Shown here: positions 51,901-63,053 of the stretch, in pieces
Layout: every line of letters begins with the position of its first letter
How positions within the stretch are numbered: the stretch's first letter is position 1
NCBI RefSeq assembly: GCF_964204645.1
Contig: NC_134026.1
Span: 7,339,950-7,403,949, forward strand
Length of the DNA: 64,000 bases
Direction: 5' to 3'
From: Tubulanus polymorphus
Lineage: Eukaryota > Animalia > Nemertea
Translations under genes and position numbers: made by a program
The notes under the pieces: generated by a model
What the model saw: only the letters and a program-made list of their open reading frames with translations
Databases searched by the model: none
What the model was told of the DNA's origin: nothing

Positions 51901-54900
51901 TTACTGGCTGCATCTAAACACCCCGTACAATTACTGGAGGCTGCTAAGAGTCTATTGACATCGAACACTAGAGTTTTAGCTTATATGTCTGAATTACAGA
52001 AACGTAAATCAGATGAGATACTTCATAAAAACAAGTGAGTTCCCTTAACCTTCAACACCTCTCCTTCCTCTCACCTTTGTCTCTTGAATTTTGTTATAGA
52101 TGTTGCTCTCGCGCCCCACACATAAAATGTTCAATTTCAGTCCAAAATTTGTATCAAATTAAACTCTGAGTCATAAACTAACCACTAGTCATGCACTCCT
52201 TTCATTACTAGTTGATTATAGGCCTACTAATCTGATCAGCTAGGGCCAACTTCGGTTTTCGTAGCTAATTGACTAGTGATCGGAACTAATAACCCCGAAC
52301 GCACTATAGTTTGGCTGTAACGTATTTCACAGTGTTGGCCATCTTCGAAATGGGTCGGGACTACAGCGACCGTGCTCAATCCTGTGGTCCGGACCATAGT
52401 TCCGACTAACTGATATTTGGTTTCGTTTAATTCGACTTTAGTCGATAACCGAAGTTTGGCTAGGGTTAGCTGTCATCAGATCATATGACCAGTCAATGTT
52501 GGTTCACCAGCCAATTGAAACCCTGGGTTGTGAACAGTTGATTCAATTTGACGATGTCATGGTCATTCAATATGGCTGCTATTTGAGCTGCATGGTTGAT
52601 TATTTTTAGGATAGCACAAGGAAATCAAGTTCCATGTAAGGCTAAAGTTGCATTATCAGGTAAACTCATTATATATATTCAAGGGAGAATAGGGGTATGT
52701 GTATGTAGTCAGGGTTTCAGGGAGTTTAATCAACTATAATGAATATCTGTGATGTGTTAATGTATTACAGATATACGAATACCATTGATGTGGAAAGATT
52801 CGGATCATTTCAAAAATAAAGGAGGTATATATTTTTTCTCATTCAAATTAAGACTTTTACTGTGTTCTAATGCATCATTATAGAATATTTCTATGGATTT
52901 ACACCTAATACTCAAGTAAACATTATCATTTGCACATTTCTTGATTCATGCTATGTATGCTTTATTGTGTATGTCTGTATTGTGAATACTGTATTCTTTT
53001 TCCCTGTATTGTGTATGCTGTATTGTGTGGTCTGTATTTTGTATTGTGTATGGCTGTATTTTGTATGCTGCATTCTTTATGCCTGTATTGTGTGTGTGTA
53101 TGGCCGTATTTTGTATGCTGTATTGTGCATGGCTGTATTTTGTATGCTGCATTCTTTATGCCTGTATTGTGTGTGTGTATGGCCGTATTTTGTATGCTGT
53201 ATTGTGCATGGCTGTATTTTGTATGCTGTATTCTGTATGCCTGTATTGTGTATTGTATTATTTCAGATCACCGCCGCTATGCTGTATTTTGTATGCTGAA
53301 AATTGGAACTGAAATTTTTGACACAACGTTGATAAAATCAGTTGATAGAAGTCTAACGGATATCACGTTTAATGATGTGATTATCTTGTAAGTTCTCATC
53401 GTCGTAGTAACCTCTCGTTTTAACGGATTACATTGTTAAACTCTGTTTTGAAATGTTGATTTTGTTTCGTTTTGTTTTTTCAGCAATGAGATAGGGTTTG
53501 ATTTCCAGTGTATATTAGAGGTTTACTGTCATAAAGTTCACGACGATTTGACGATAGCGAGCACTCCGAAGAAATTGAAGAAAAAACTGAATGAATTTTC
53601 AAACTCGCTCGGACAAAACGTCGGTCGAAGACTGTCGGGACTCGTACGTATCAGTTCATACACATCCGAAATCTCAATATCTAAACCCGATATTTCAATG
53701 ATTTCTCATAAATCTCAAATACTTTAAAGATACTTTATTTTTATAGACCTCATATTTTGATATATTTCTCATAGTTCATCTTTGAATGTCAGATATTTTG
53801 CAATTTAGTATTTACAGAATCTCGGATACTATTTTGATATTCTGTGGATTTGTTATATTCTGTAGGTTTTGCTTATTAACTATTTCACGTACATTGTTTT
53901 ACAGAAAGATGAAGATATAATGAACAGTATGCTAGTGTAAGTGTCTTTCTTCCACTCTCTCATATATCTACAGCACTATGATAATAATTATTGATATTTA
54001 TATAGCGCAGGTATCCTAACCTGAGTGAGTTTAGATGCGCTCCAATTTTGGTATTATTACCCCCCAGCCTATAACTCTAGTCTATGTATCAGTCATCTCT
54101 TCCTAAGGAGAAGTAACATCCTAGCAGCTTTTAAGCGCTTAGGAGTCATTTATTAGGCCAGGGCCCCATTTACTCCTGGGTGGAGAGAGGCAATAAGGAT
54201 AAGTGTCTTGCGCGAGGAGATTACAGCAATGTACGGGGTTCCAACCCACAACCTGGCTTCCCAGAGTCGAACGCTCTAACCGCTTGGCCACACTGCACGC
54301 TTACCTGCTATAGTTGTCTGAGTATGAGTGTTTGTGTATATTACAGAGGTCCCAGGTTTGATCTCGTGGCTCAAGCGACGTTAACTGTGGATGAAATAAA
54401 AGACTCAATCGGAACTTATGAATTGAAATTAATGAATACTTCAACTAGTTCAGGTAAACATCTCTGTTTCTGAGTCTCCCTCTCTCTCTCTACATCAATA
54501 TACATCAGTGTTTAATGTGTCTCAATGATTTTCTATATGCTCTGTGATGTTTAATGATGTTCTGTGATGACAACATGATCCATGATGTTTAATGATGTTC
54601 TGTGATGTTTTTTGTTATAGGAGGTGATGTTGGTTTAAACAGTGAATTACCGTTATTTGGTCATTTCTGTTGTCGTTTGGCCGCTCAACCGTACTGTTTA
54701 CTCAGTGATACTGTATCCGGATACTTGCATTTACAGGTTAGCAGCTACACTTTCTTTATACTGTCGACGTTGGTTGAAATAGGTCCAATTTTCAAACGGC
54801 TGTAGATTTTTACTATCTTTACTTAAGATATTACTGTAACAGAAAAAGTTGTACAGTTTTGTCTCTAGTTTCTATTCCTACCATTTTTAGCTAGGTGTGG

Positions 54901-57900
54901 ACACTTGAGTTTAAGGTAAAAAATATTTTGAATGATATCTACCGCTGTGGCCTGTGTTCACATACAGGCGAGTCGATTTCATCAGCACTGTCACTAGATT
55001 CGGACCCCAATTCAGCATCTAAATCATTTTCATTTGTGTCTGAATTCATAAAAATTTCTCAAATATCATCGTCGCTCAATTTACGAGACATAATAATCCT
55101 TTTATACTCTTTATAATATTGAAATAGTCAATCAAAACTGGTTTCCATTCTTACAAAATCTACTTCCGGTTTGTAATCGCTGAATTTGACGCTTAACTGC
55201 TATATATTCTTGAGAAGCAACAGATACTTTTCTTGGTCACAATTGGTTCAGGAGTTCATGCTGCTTCAGTTGAGAGGCGCTAAATCTAAAACCATAACTG
55301 ATTTTTCATGACGGAACGTCGAAATTCCACAATGTCCGTTTCTCGCCAAACGGCAAGACCGGTTCATGAACGACCACTTCCGCCAGACCCGTAACGTAAG
55401 GGTTAATTCTAAACCTCATCTTCAGAGGAACACAATGATATCAAGGAATTGTGTTCCTCTGAAGATGAGGTTCAGAATTAACCTCGAAACTGTTAGCAAA
55501 TTGAAATTTTCTCTACAAATCTACTGCGGGTTTTTATTTGTTAATATTTTTGGGGGAAATGATAACATAGATTTCTTGAAAAAGTTGTACTAGAAATGAA
55601 TCAAACTTGAAATCACTGGTTATTTGTCTGAAATTCTACAGTGGATTATCATACAGAAATATTCACGAATTTCTCGGCCCAGTAAAAGATATATGTAGAA
55701 ATTTACTACAAAGTTACAAGCCAGGAACTGTATAAATATGTCGTATAAAAAATCTCTCTGTTCCGGTGAAATCGGTAAAAATGAAGTAATTGTATTTGGA
55801 AGTGTAAACACTGCAAATGCGAGTGAAACTGTTACAAGCATTATTGTTGTACGTTTTGATTTTGTAGTTTTCTGATCAGACGAAACCATATTTGAACCTC
55901 TGAATAACTGAACTATTATAACAGTATTTGATGTTAGAATCAAAGATAAAGGCAGCACGTAAACCAGGATAACAAATACCGCAAAAAAGGTTATTTGGTC
56001 AAATAATCCGTGGTAACATCCAACAACCTGGTCTGATAAATGTATCAACAAAGCCGGGCTGAGATATAGAACCAGTACATTCACTGCAGTAATTATCAAT
56101 GTAACAAATCTAGCGAATCTCGGTGTACATATCAAACGTGATGTGAATGGCAAGAGCACAACTGCCGCACGTTCTAGAGATATTGCTACGATTAACCACG
56201 TACTATTGCAGGCTCCAAGTGTCGTTAAAAATTCATAGATTTGACAACCGACCACTGAATTCATGATTAAGATAGGACCATCTTCGACATGGAATAAAAC
56301 AAACTGTAAAACAGGCATCAGCGTCAAACTGATACAGTGTATGGTATCGCTGAGAGACAAAACGATAAGATAGTTAGCGTAAGATAAACTGCGGAATCTG
56401 CGACTAATCATTATGAGGAAAGTAGCTGAATTTCCGAAGGCTCCTAACACGAACAAGATAGGCAGAATGACCAATGTCACAGTACGGTAGCTCCCTGATC
56501 TGTTCACTACAGACATTAGAGCGATGTAACTGTTTTAAGGTCGGGCAATTTGCATACGAGTTGAATTCGATTCATACATATCAAATCAGTGTCCTGACTG
56601 ACAGTGTACTGACCGTCTGAGAGTGTACTGACTGTGTGAGAGTGTACTGACGATCTGAGAATTTACTGACTTGTCAGAGAATGTACCGGAACTGACCGTG
56701 TCTTCTCACGTATCGGAATATTAGTTAAACTTTGATATCAAGAGATCATTAAACTCTTTATAAACAGTTACAATTCATTGGTAGGATTCATTGCTAAAGG
56801 TAAATAGAAAATCAATTCTCAGAAATCTGACACAATTTACTCAAGAGTTTATAAAAGTTTATTATTGTGTGAAATATGAATGTAACTGAATGAAATATTC
56901 AATATTCGTTGTACAAGAATTCATTGTAAATGTTGAAATATCTAATAGCAAAACATGTGCGGTAACAGACATTTCAAACACACTCACAATACAGTCTGTT
57001 CTCTGTTCAGATTCGACTCATTTGAATTCGAGAGTCAAATATTAAACGGATAACAGCAGAACCGAGTTCCGAAGCATTTGAATTAAGAAAAAAAGAATTT
57101 TCTAAATATCCATAACCTCTTCCAAAAATAGCCCCAATCTAATCCAGGTATTTTAACCTAGGACGCTTGCCTCGTACCTAACCACTAGACTTACCAAATT
57201 CTGACTGATGACTGACTCAGTCAGTTAGTCCGCTTTCGGTTTGGTGACCCAGTTGTTGTTACCAGTCAAGTATAGTGACCCACCATCATTCTCTGATTTC
57301 TCATTCTCTCGAATTTGTTGAGCAGTTCTTAAATGGTTCTGAATTGGAGTAATTTCTGCTTAATATTTCATATTTTAGGGAAAAGGTAACATAGATATAG
57401 ATGAACAGTCAACCCCCGATATACCGCCCTCCCATATACCGCCGCCCCGGCCTACCACCAGGTTTTCTCAATGTACGGTACATCTCTATACAACAGGGTC
57501 CGATTTAAGCACTTGTCCGATTACCCGGGACAAGTATATTCTCATCAGGGCAAGTAGGCTATCATTATCACTTGTCTACCGGGCTTGTGCAATTTTATGT
57601 CCTAAAGCTTTTATCCCACTCGATACAACGGATGATAGTACCTGCACCATTCGGACTGCCTGTGAAGCGCAAGTAGCTTTTGGAGGGGGCGAGCGAAATT
57701 TCAAATGATTGGCCCTAGGGCAAGTGGCTTTGATTCCTTAGAGTGGACCCTGTACAAATACATAATGAAACACCCCAGATATACCGCCATACTCTCTATA
57801 CCGCCAAAATGGTTCTGCACCGATGTGGACGGTATATCGGGGGCTGACGGTACATGTAATTGTTGTGAATAGTTAAACATATTGTATTGTTTTGTATTTA

Positions 57901-59001
57901 CAGTGTAAAAGGGATAACACGCAATGGAATCAATATTGGTGCTCGTTAAAGAATCTAAAAATGTCATTCTGGAAAAGTTGTGAAACTGCTGAAACGGAAA
58001 AACCGGAATTCATAATTCCTGTTACGAAGGTAAATATTCAATGGCGCCCGCCTCTCGAGTCTCCAACTCAAAATTAGCTGGACCAAATTTAAATCTAAAG
58101 CCTTCACCCCTCCTAAATACGGGCCTGCCCTAGAAAACTAATGTCAATCGAGAAAGTAGAGGATACGTTTTTGGAGCCTATACAGTCGGAAGTCACCCTC
58201 CCTGATCTGACATTATTGGCCTTCAACAAGAATTGTTGTTTATTTTTAGCACAGTCAGATTTGTGAAGGAACTCAAGATCCGCCGATTTGCGATTCAGAA
58301 CGTTCTCACTCTTTTCAAATCATCGACACAGTGAACTGTGAACAGCATACGCTGTGTACTGATACTAGTGAACAGACTGCCACCTGGTGGGAGGCGTTAC
58401 AACAACATCTATTAGATCAAGGTATAGTATAGTCTATCATCATACCACAGGCGTGGATCTAGGGGGTCTTACAGGTCTTCTGGAAGACCCTCAAAAAATT
58501 TTGTGCCCTCAAAAAATTTCATGACTCAAAATACAGGAAATGGCTTCTAATCACAACTTGAATCTCAAAATTTTCTGGGGGGCCTCAGATCCCAGTATCA
58601 TCTAACACACAGATCCTCACATGCCACAGTATCATCTAACACAGATCCTCACGGCATGCCACAGTAAAGACTCATGTATGTGTATATTTCAGTTGTATGG
58701 AAACAAGCTTGTGAAACTGTGATGAATATTAAAATGCCTTCACCGAAAAGATTACCATCATTTTTACGTAAAGATTCATTAACGCTGTACGAGGAAACTG
58801 AAATAGGTAAATAAAGCCTTAGTAAGTCAAACAATTTAGTTAATCGAACAACTAGGTGGGGCCTAATTGTTTGAACAATTCTCACCGTTTATTGATTGTT
58901 TATTTGTTTTATTTGTAGATTTGTCAAAAGCATCTTGCACTTCATTGCACCACAGTTCAATAAAACCTACAGACCGGCGCAAATCAGCTAGTAATGTGTA
59001 A
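39924..59001 (+). CDS. RTKN: Rhotekin (HR1, anillin-homology and PH domains)
   Basis: Either exons 39924-40106 plus 42362-42643, or the alternative exon 45753-45902, join 51841-52034 (DTELQQKIDIEIKMRDG, HR1). Later exons: ~52610, ~52771 (IRIPLMWKD), 53267-53387, 53484-53643, ~53906, 54347-54453, 54621-54736 (LPLFGHFCCRLAAQP), 57904-58029 (PH), 58250-58421, 58692-58806, and 58919-59001 ending KSASNV*. Confidence 0.9.
40420..41406 (-). mobile_element. tRNA-derived repeat interrupted by nested MITEs
   Basis: After removing the insert and one TSD copy, the minus strand reads gagctcagtggtctagtggtatgatgctgcgctag...ggcccgggttcgagtc (A/B boxes, tRNA-Pro-like). A related partial copy lies at ~4250-4340. 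Confidence 0.7.
41893..42063 (-). mobile_element. 5'-truncated LINE 3' end inserted in a family A MITE
   Basis: Reverse strand reads DEWNRLPARIVLSPDSACFKNELSRLW, the WNxLP..FK C-terminal signature of CR1/L2 ORF2. Confidence 0.7.
46299..51230. mobile_element. Non-autonomous DNA transposon-like element with palindromic TIRs and an internal satellite
   Basis: Ends are inverted copies of atggcgtcacaagccccg(a/g)ggcttgtcacgccatat. TTAA lies at 46295-46298 and 51231-51234. No long ORF. Confidence 0.75.
46850..50650 (+). repeat. Tandem satellite array, ~16 monomers of 194-254 bp
   Basis: Each monomer has 2-3 atggcgtg(tcaggcccc/agaagaccc) motifs plus a conserved AT-rich block (gcaaatattgtttcaaaa). 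Confidence 0.97.
51361..51710. mobile_element. Palindromic MITE
   Basis: catcctcacttg..ggttcgattg / caatcgaacc..caagtgaggatg, with internal arms also complementary. Confidence 0.8.
52950..53260. repeat. Low-complexity TGTAT-rich tandem repeat
   Basis: Repeats of gctgtattttgtatgctg and gtattgtgt immediately upstream of an RTKN exon. Confidence 0.9.
53980..54296 (-). mobile_element. tRNA-headed SINE with CORE-like central domain
   Basis: Minus strand: tggccaagcggttagagcg (A box), gggttggaaccc (degenerate B box), gcaagacacttatcc..ctctccacccagg, and tail gcgctatataaat. Confidence 0.75.
55620..56516 (-). CDS. Intronless class A orphan GPCR nested antisense in a Rhotekin intron (paralog of 37086)
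   Basis: 298-aa 7TM ORF with long stretches identical to the 37086 protein (FRSLSYANYLIVLS, PFTSRLICTPRFARFV, NFYIYLLLGREIREYFCM). Confidence 0.85.
   Translation of the reverse strand: MSVVNRSGSYRTVTLVILPILFVLGAFGNSATFLIMISRRFRSLSYANYLIVLSLSDTIHCISLTLMPVLQFVLFHVEDGPILIMNSVVGCQIYEFLTTLGACNSTWLIVAISLERAAVVLLPFTSRLICTPRFARFVTLIITAVNVLVLYLSPALLIHLSDQVVGCYHGLFDQITFFAVFVILVYVLPLSLILTSNTVIIVQLFRGSNMVSSDQKTTKSKRTTIMLVTVSLAFAVFTLPNTITSFLPISPEQRDFLYDIFIQFLACNFVVNFYIYLLLGREIREYFCMIIHCRISDK
57405..57852. mobile_element. Tc1/mariner-type MITE containing a nested family B MITE
   Basis: cagtcaacccccgatataccg / cggtatatcgggggctgacgg TIRs; insert at ~57495-57752. Confidence 0.7.
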
Positions 59002-59370
59002 CCTTGTCACCAGGGAGAGCTGATCGTAATGTGTAAAATAGCCACCAGGGGGAGCCGACATCAATGTTTAACTAGCTACGAGAGGGAGCTGATCGTAATG
59101 TGTAAACTAGCCACTAGAGCGAGCTGATAGCAATATGTGGACCAGCCACTAGAGGGAGCTGATCTTATTGTGTAAACTAGCCACTAGGGAGCTGTTATTG
59201 TTGTATTATTGTCTACGAGTAGTGCATGAACTATCCACTAGAGGGAGCTTTTCAATATGGGTTTAGAGGGGTTCATTATGACCCCTTACAGGATTCAGAG
59301 GGGTTCGATGTGACCTCCTTACAGAGTTCAGAGGAGTTCAATACGTCCCCTTTACAGGGTTAAGAGGTGC
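58985..59370 (+). repeat. Two minisatellites in the Rhotekin 3' region
   Basis: ~33-bp units ctagccactagagggagctgatc (to ~59250), followed by ~31-bp units agaggggttc..cccttacagg. Confidence 0.8.
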
Positions 59371-60189
59371 ATGCATCACTTAATTGTGAACCGAATTCAA
59401 ACATTTTCAAAAGAGACTTGTAGTGAGTCACGTGTCTAAGGGAAACATGTTTCAATATTGTTTGTGTTTCTCATTATTTTAATACAATGTTCTATATTTG
59501 TATAAATTTACACTTAAATCTTGTAACTTCCACATTTTGTGGTTAAAATATGTAATAAAACAAACGCATATTAAAGAATGAAACTATTGTTTCTTGTTAT
59601 TTCAGTTGTCTAAATTCTTTAATCTTGGTCCTATTTCTACAGAACATGATCACTAAAATATAACTCCAGTGACATGAAAACTTTATGAATTGGTCAAATT
59701 TAACTTTGTGTGACCTACAGTTATTGTTGTGAGCAAACGGTTATTACTGTAGCTATATAGTGGCATTGGTACTGCCCTGAACTGGATCAGTAATAAACAG
59801 TCAGCAGATTTTGTCTCCACGAATGGCGTATATACACGCACCTCTCAGTTGAAATATAGATTTCTTGAAAAAATAATTCAATATACAAAAATCGCAATAA
59901 TAAACTTTGTATTGAGTGGATCTTTTCAGCTGAATAAATTCTAAAGTTGAAAAATAATTAAATCAAGTCTCTTACAACTGATACTGTCGTCTGATTGGTC
60001 AATATTCATGTGGTTAGTACAGTTTGTGAGGCAGATTACGCTTAATTTCTATCATTTCAATTTCTGTGGCCGAACTGATGTGAGATTTTGCTCACTACCC
60101 GATAGGAGACCTTTGAATTTCAGCCTCATGTAAATATTTTATCAACAACTCGACTGTGACTGCAACTTCTTCAGACCCCGTCGTCAATC

Positions 60190-61248
60190 ATGGCACAAAA
60201 TTTGAGCAAAGCCGACAGGGATTATTATCTATCCGTTTTTTATGCAACTTATACCATTAACAATGATCTGGAACACGTTGTGAACTTTTTGGATCCTATA
60301 TTTGCCGGCTTGAATTTCACTACTATTGTCACGCTAATTCGGTGTCGTAAATCTCGTTCAGTTCGCGCTACGTTCATTTATCTGATTTCTCTAGCGATAT
60401 CTGATCAGATATACATTCTTGATAAACTAGGTGGTTTTGCTCATTCAGTCCATTACGTTGTATCGCGTTTAAAGAATCTTCTTTCAGCACAGAAATGTAG
60501 GATGTCCTCATTGTGTTCAGGTCTTGCACTATTCACGTCATATTTTAACAGGTTAAACTCATGGCGATATGTGCATTCTTGTATGAAAATACTCACAGGT
60601 CTAATAAATGATTTGCCGATGTCTTTTTCTAATTGGATTGTTGTTACGATGGCAGCTGAAAGGTTATTAGCGATAAAAAACCCGTTTTTTCACAAACAAT
60701 ACGTCACAAACCGCAAGAGGATGCTAGCAACGTTATTTACTTTGCCGCTATCTTTATTTCACAACAAAGGTTTTTATACCGTTATTAAAACTTGTGGAAA
60801 TGGAACTTGTTGTTATGGGTTAGACAAAGAAATAGCCAAACGAAGTGGTGATTACTATGGTGTTATGGGTGGATTGTCTGCACTAAGCGTTGCATTAAAA
60901 GGTACAATTCCATGTATAATAATTTTATGTTTATCAGTGTTAACTGCTAAAATAAGCTGCCTCTCAAACAAACACGTGACTAACAGGGGTAACAAAACCA
61001 TGCTTTATATAACAATGTCCTATGTATTCTTAGTTTCCCCCTATGAGATTGGTTATTTTCTCGATAGAGCTTTGAGAACATTGGCTTTACGTGTACCTAT
61101 TGGTTTCTATATGTCCTATTATTTAACATATCAGATATTTATCAATCCACGTCAATTAGTTTATCGCACTAATTTTTTCATATATTTACACACAATTTTC
61201 AGAGAAAAAATTTTCATAAAGAATCGATGTAAACGTCACCGAAATTAG
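60190..61248 (+). CDS. Intronless divergent class A orphan GPCR (352 aa)
   Basis: YLISLAISD (TM2), WIVVTMAAERLLAIKNPF (TM3), IPCIIILCLS (TM5), FLVSP (TM6), TNFFIY (TM7). Confidence 0.85.
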   Translation: MAQNLSKADRDYYLSVFYATYTINNDLEHVVNFLDPIFAGLNFTTIVTLIRCRKSRSVRATFIYLISLAISDQIYILDKLGGFAHSVHYVVSRLKNLLSAQKCRMSSLCSGLALFTSYFNRLNSWRYVHSCMKILTGLINDLPMSFSNWIVVTMAAERLLAIKNPFFHKQYVTNRKRMLATLFTLPLSLFHNKGFYTVIKTCGNGTCCYGLDKEIAKRSGDYYGVMGGLSALSVALKGTIPCIIILCLSVLTAKISCLSNKHVTNRGNKTMLYITMSYVFLVSPYEIGYFLDRALRTLALRVPIGFYMSYYLTYQIFINPRQLVYRTNFFIYLHTIFREKIFIKNRCKRHRN

Positions 61249-62439
61249 AATTATAGTCTTTTATAGCAAGAAACACCAACATTGATTTCACTGCACACCA
61301 AAATCGTGGGATTTAACTACTGGAGAAATTATGATTAAAACATTCTTTCATTGATCAAGAATTAGGTATTAATTCTAAAATAGTGCAAATAAAATCATCA
61401 TCAATGTCGCAGTCATTTCTTCAAAATTATAAAGAATGCGATTCTCACTTCATTTTTTTATTTGAATGCAGAATGAACTGTCAATAGAATGCCAAAATTA
61501 TTATTAGGTGCGCAGGGGCGGATCCAGGGGCATGTTGTGACCATGTCGACCAATAAAAAGGGCATATATTCTTAATGTAGGGTGGAAAGCATATCAGCAA
61601 AATTTTTGAAATTTAACTATCATTTTAGAGCTTTCTGAGCATCTCTGAGAGGCTTTTAGTCAAGAAACAAAGGTTATATATATTTAGAAAAAATATCTAT
61701 TGTGTATCTCAGGTGGTTCCAACGGCAAATTTTGATACAGAGAAAAAATAAAAAGGCACTTTAAAATTCCGACCGTGTCGGGCGACACGGTCTATAAATC
61801 CGCCCCTGTTGCGTACCGTACGCAGAGCCACGTACCCCCTCCCTCCCTTGTACGCATTTGTATGCATTTCACAGACCCCTCCTCTTATCGTGCGTACGTA
61901 CTAAATGGATGGTCCCTGACGAGGATCTCTAGCAGAGGAGTTCGAAATGTAGTTTATTTTGTTTCTTGATACGATTGTAATGAAGTTCTCCTAGGGGTTT
62001 AAACGTATTATCTTTTGTCCATCAGAGTGTACCGGGCCTATTCTGCCATGTACTTCAAAAACTATCCAAATGGCAAATCATGCCATGGAATGAGTTTTTA
62101 ATCAAAGACATTGCGATCTGAGTTTAGAATCATGGAAATGATCCTGCACTGGCACCACCACTGGAGAATGAGCTACACGGACGTGAAATGAACAACGCTT
62201 ATCTCATCAGAACTATCCCAACGTATGCAAATTAATTGACATCACATTCTGGAAACTATCTCTATATAGTTTTCCACGGTCGCTTTTAACTGTCCAGAAA
62301 TATATAAGAAATTCCAACACTTTTTTATCGTTTTGCCGTGCCCTAGCCCGGGCTGTCAGCCGCGTTTTCAGTCTGGTCCATTAAAAAGACTGGTTGGCGG
62401 TTACCTGTCCCGACTAACTCCGATAACTGAAGTTGGTCC

Positions 62440-63053
62440 TGTTTATTAGTCAACTAAATGAAACCGAATGCCAGGGTGAACTCTAGTTCGTTTATCTATC
62501 AGAATATAGAAAAAAATGCGACTGATCCGGATCCATGCCGGACAATTTTGGTGGACGAGTGTGAAATCCTGAAGTTTGTCAGTGATGGACCATTGCTTGG
62601 TTATCAAACCAATGTGTCATACGAGTTTAGATATTGGGAATATAACTTATCTAGATTTCCATTATATACATGCACTTTATTTCACACTATTACAGTCTAC
62701 CGACAAAAGACGTGAAACTGGGGCCCCTGATTTTAAAATGCGATATAGAATAAACTTCCTAATTCTCTACAACTTCTCTCTCGTTTCTGATATATTTGTC
62801 TTTATCCAGGGTTATTTCGAAATTCAGGACAAAATTACATAGTTTCTGGTTAGAATTTGGGTTTCAAGGATGGTTTTATCAGTGGTTTTAGTGTTTATTA
62901 TTTGTGAAGGTTTCGGTTTTTTCGACTGTTTGCGAGATTTAGGTCACATCTGGTTTAATCACTTTGGCATTTTCAATCATTGATTCTCAGCAAATTTCAT
63001 TGTATATTGTGCGACAAATGACAAATTTAGAAAGACATCCCATCATAAAACGT
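62440..63053 (+). pseudogene. Degenerate class A GPCR (3' half)
   Basis: Fragments FLILYNFSLV (TM5-like), RMVLSVVLVFIICE (TM6) and SANFIVYCATNDKFRK (TM7/helix 8), with stops and frameshifts between them. Confidence 0.7.

Noticed and set aside
52946-53312. Cys/Tyr-rich ORFs in several frames
   Set aside because: Translations of the TGTAT repeat; only 53267-53387 is a supported RTKN exon.
54890-55405. Possible piggyBac remnant ending gggttaa with an acidic minus-strand frame
   Set aside because: No matching second TIR or catalytic motifs seen.
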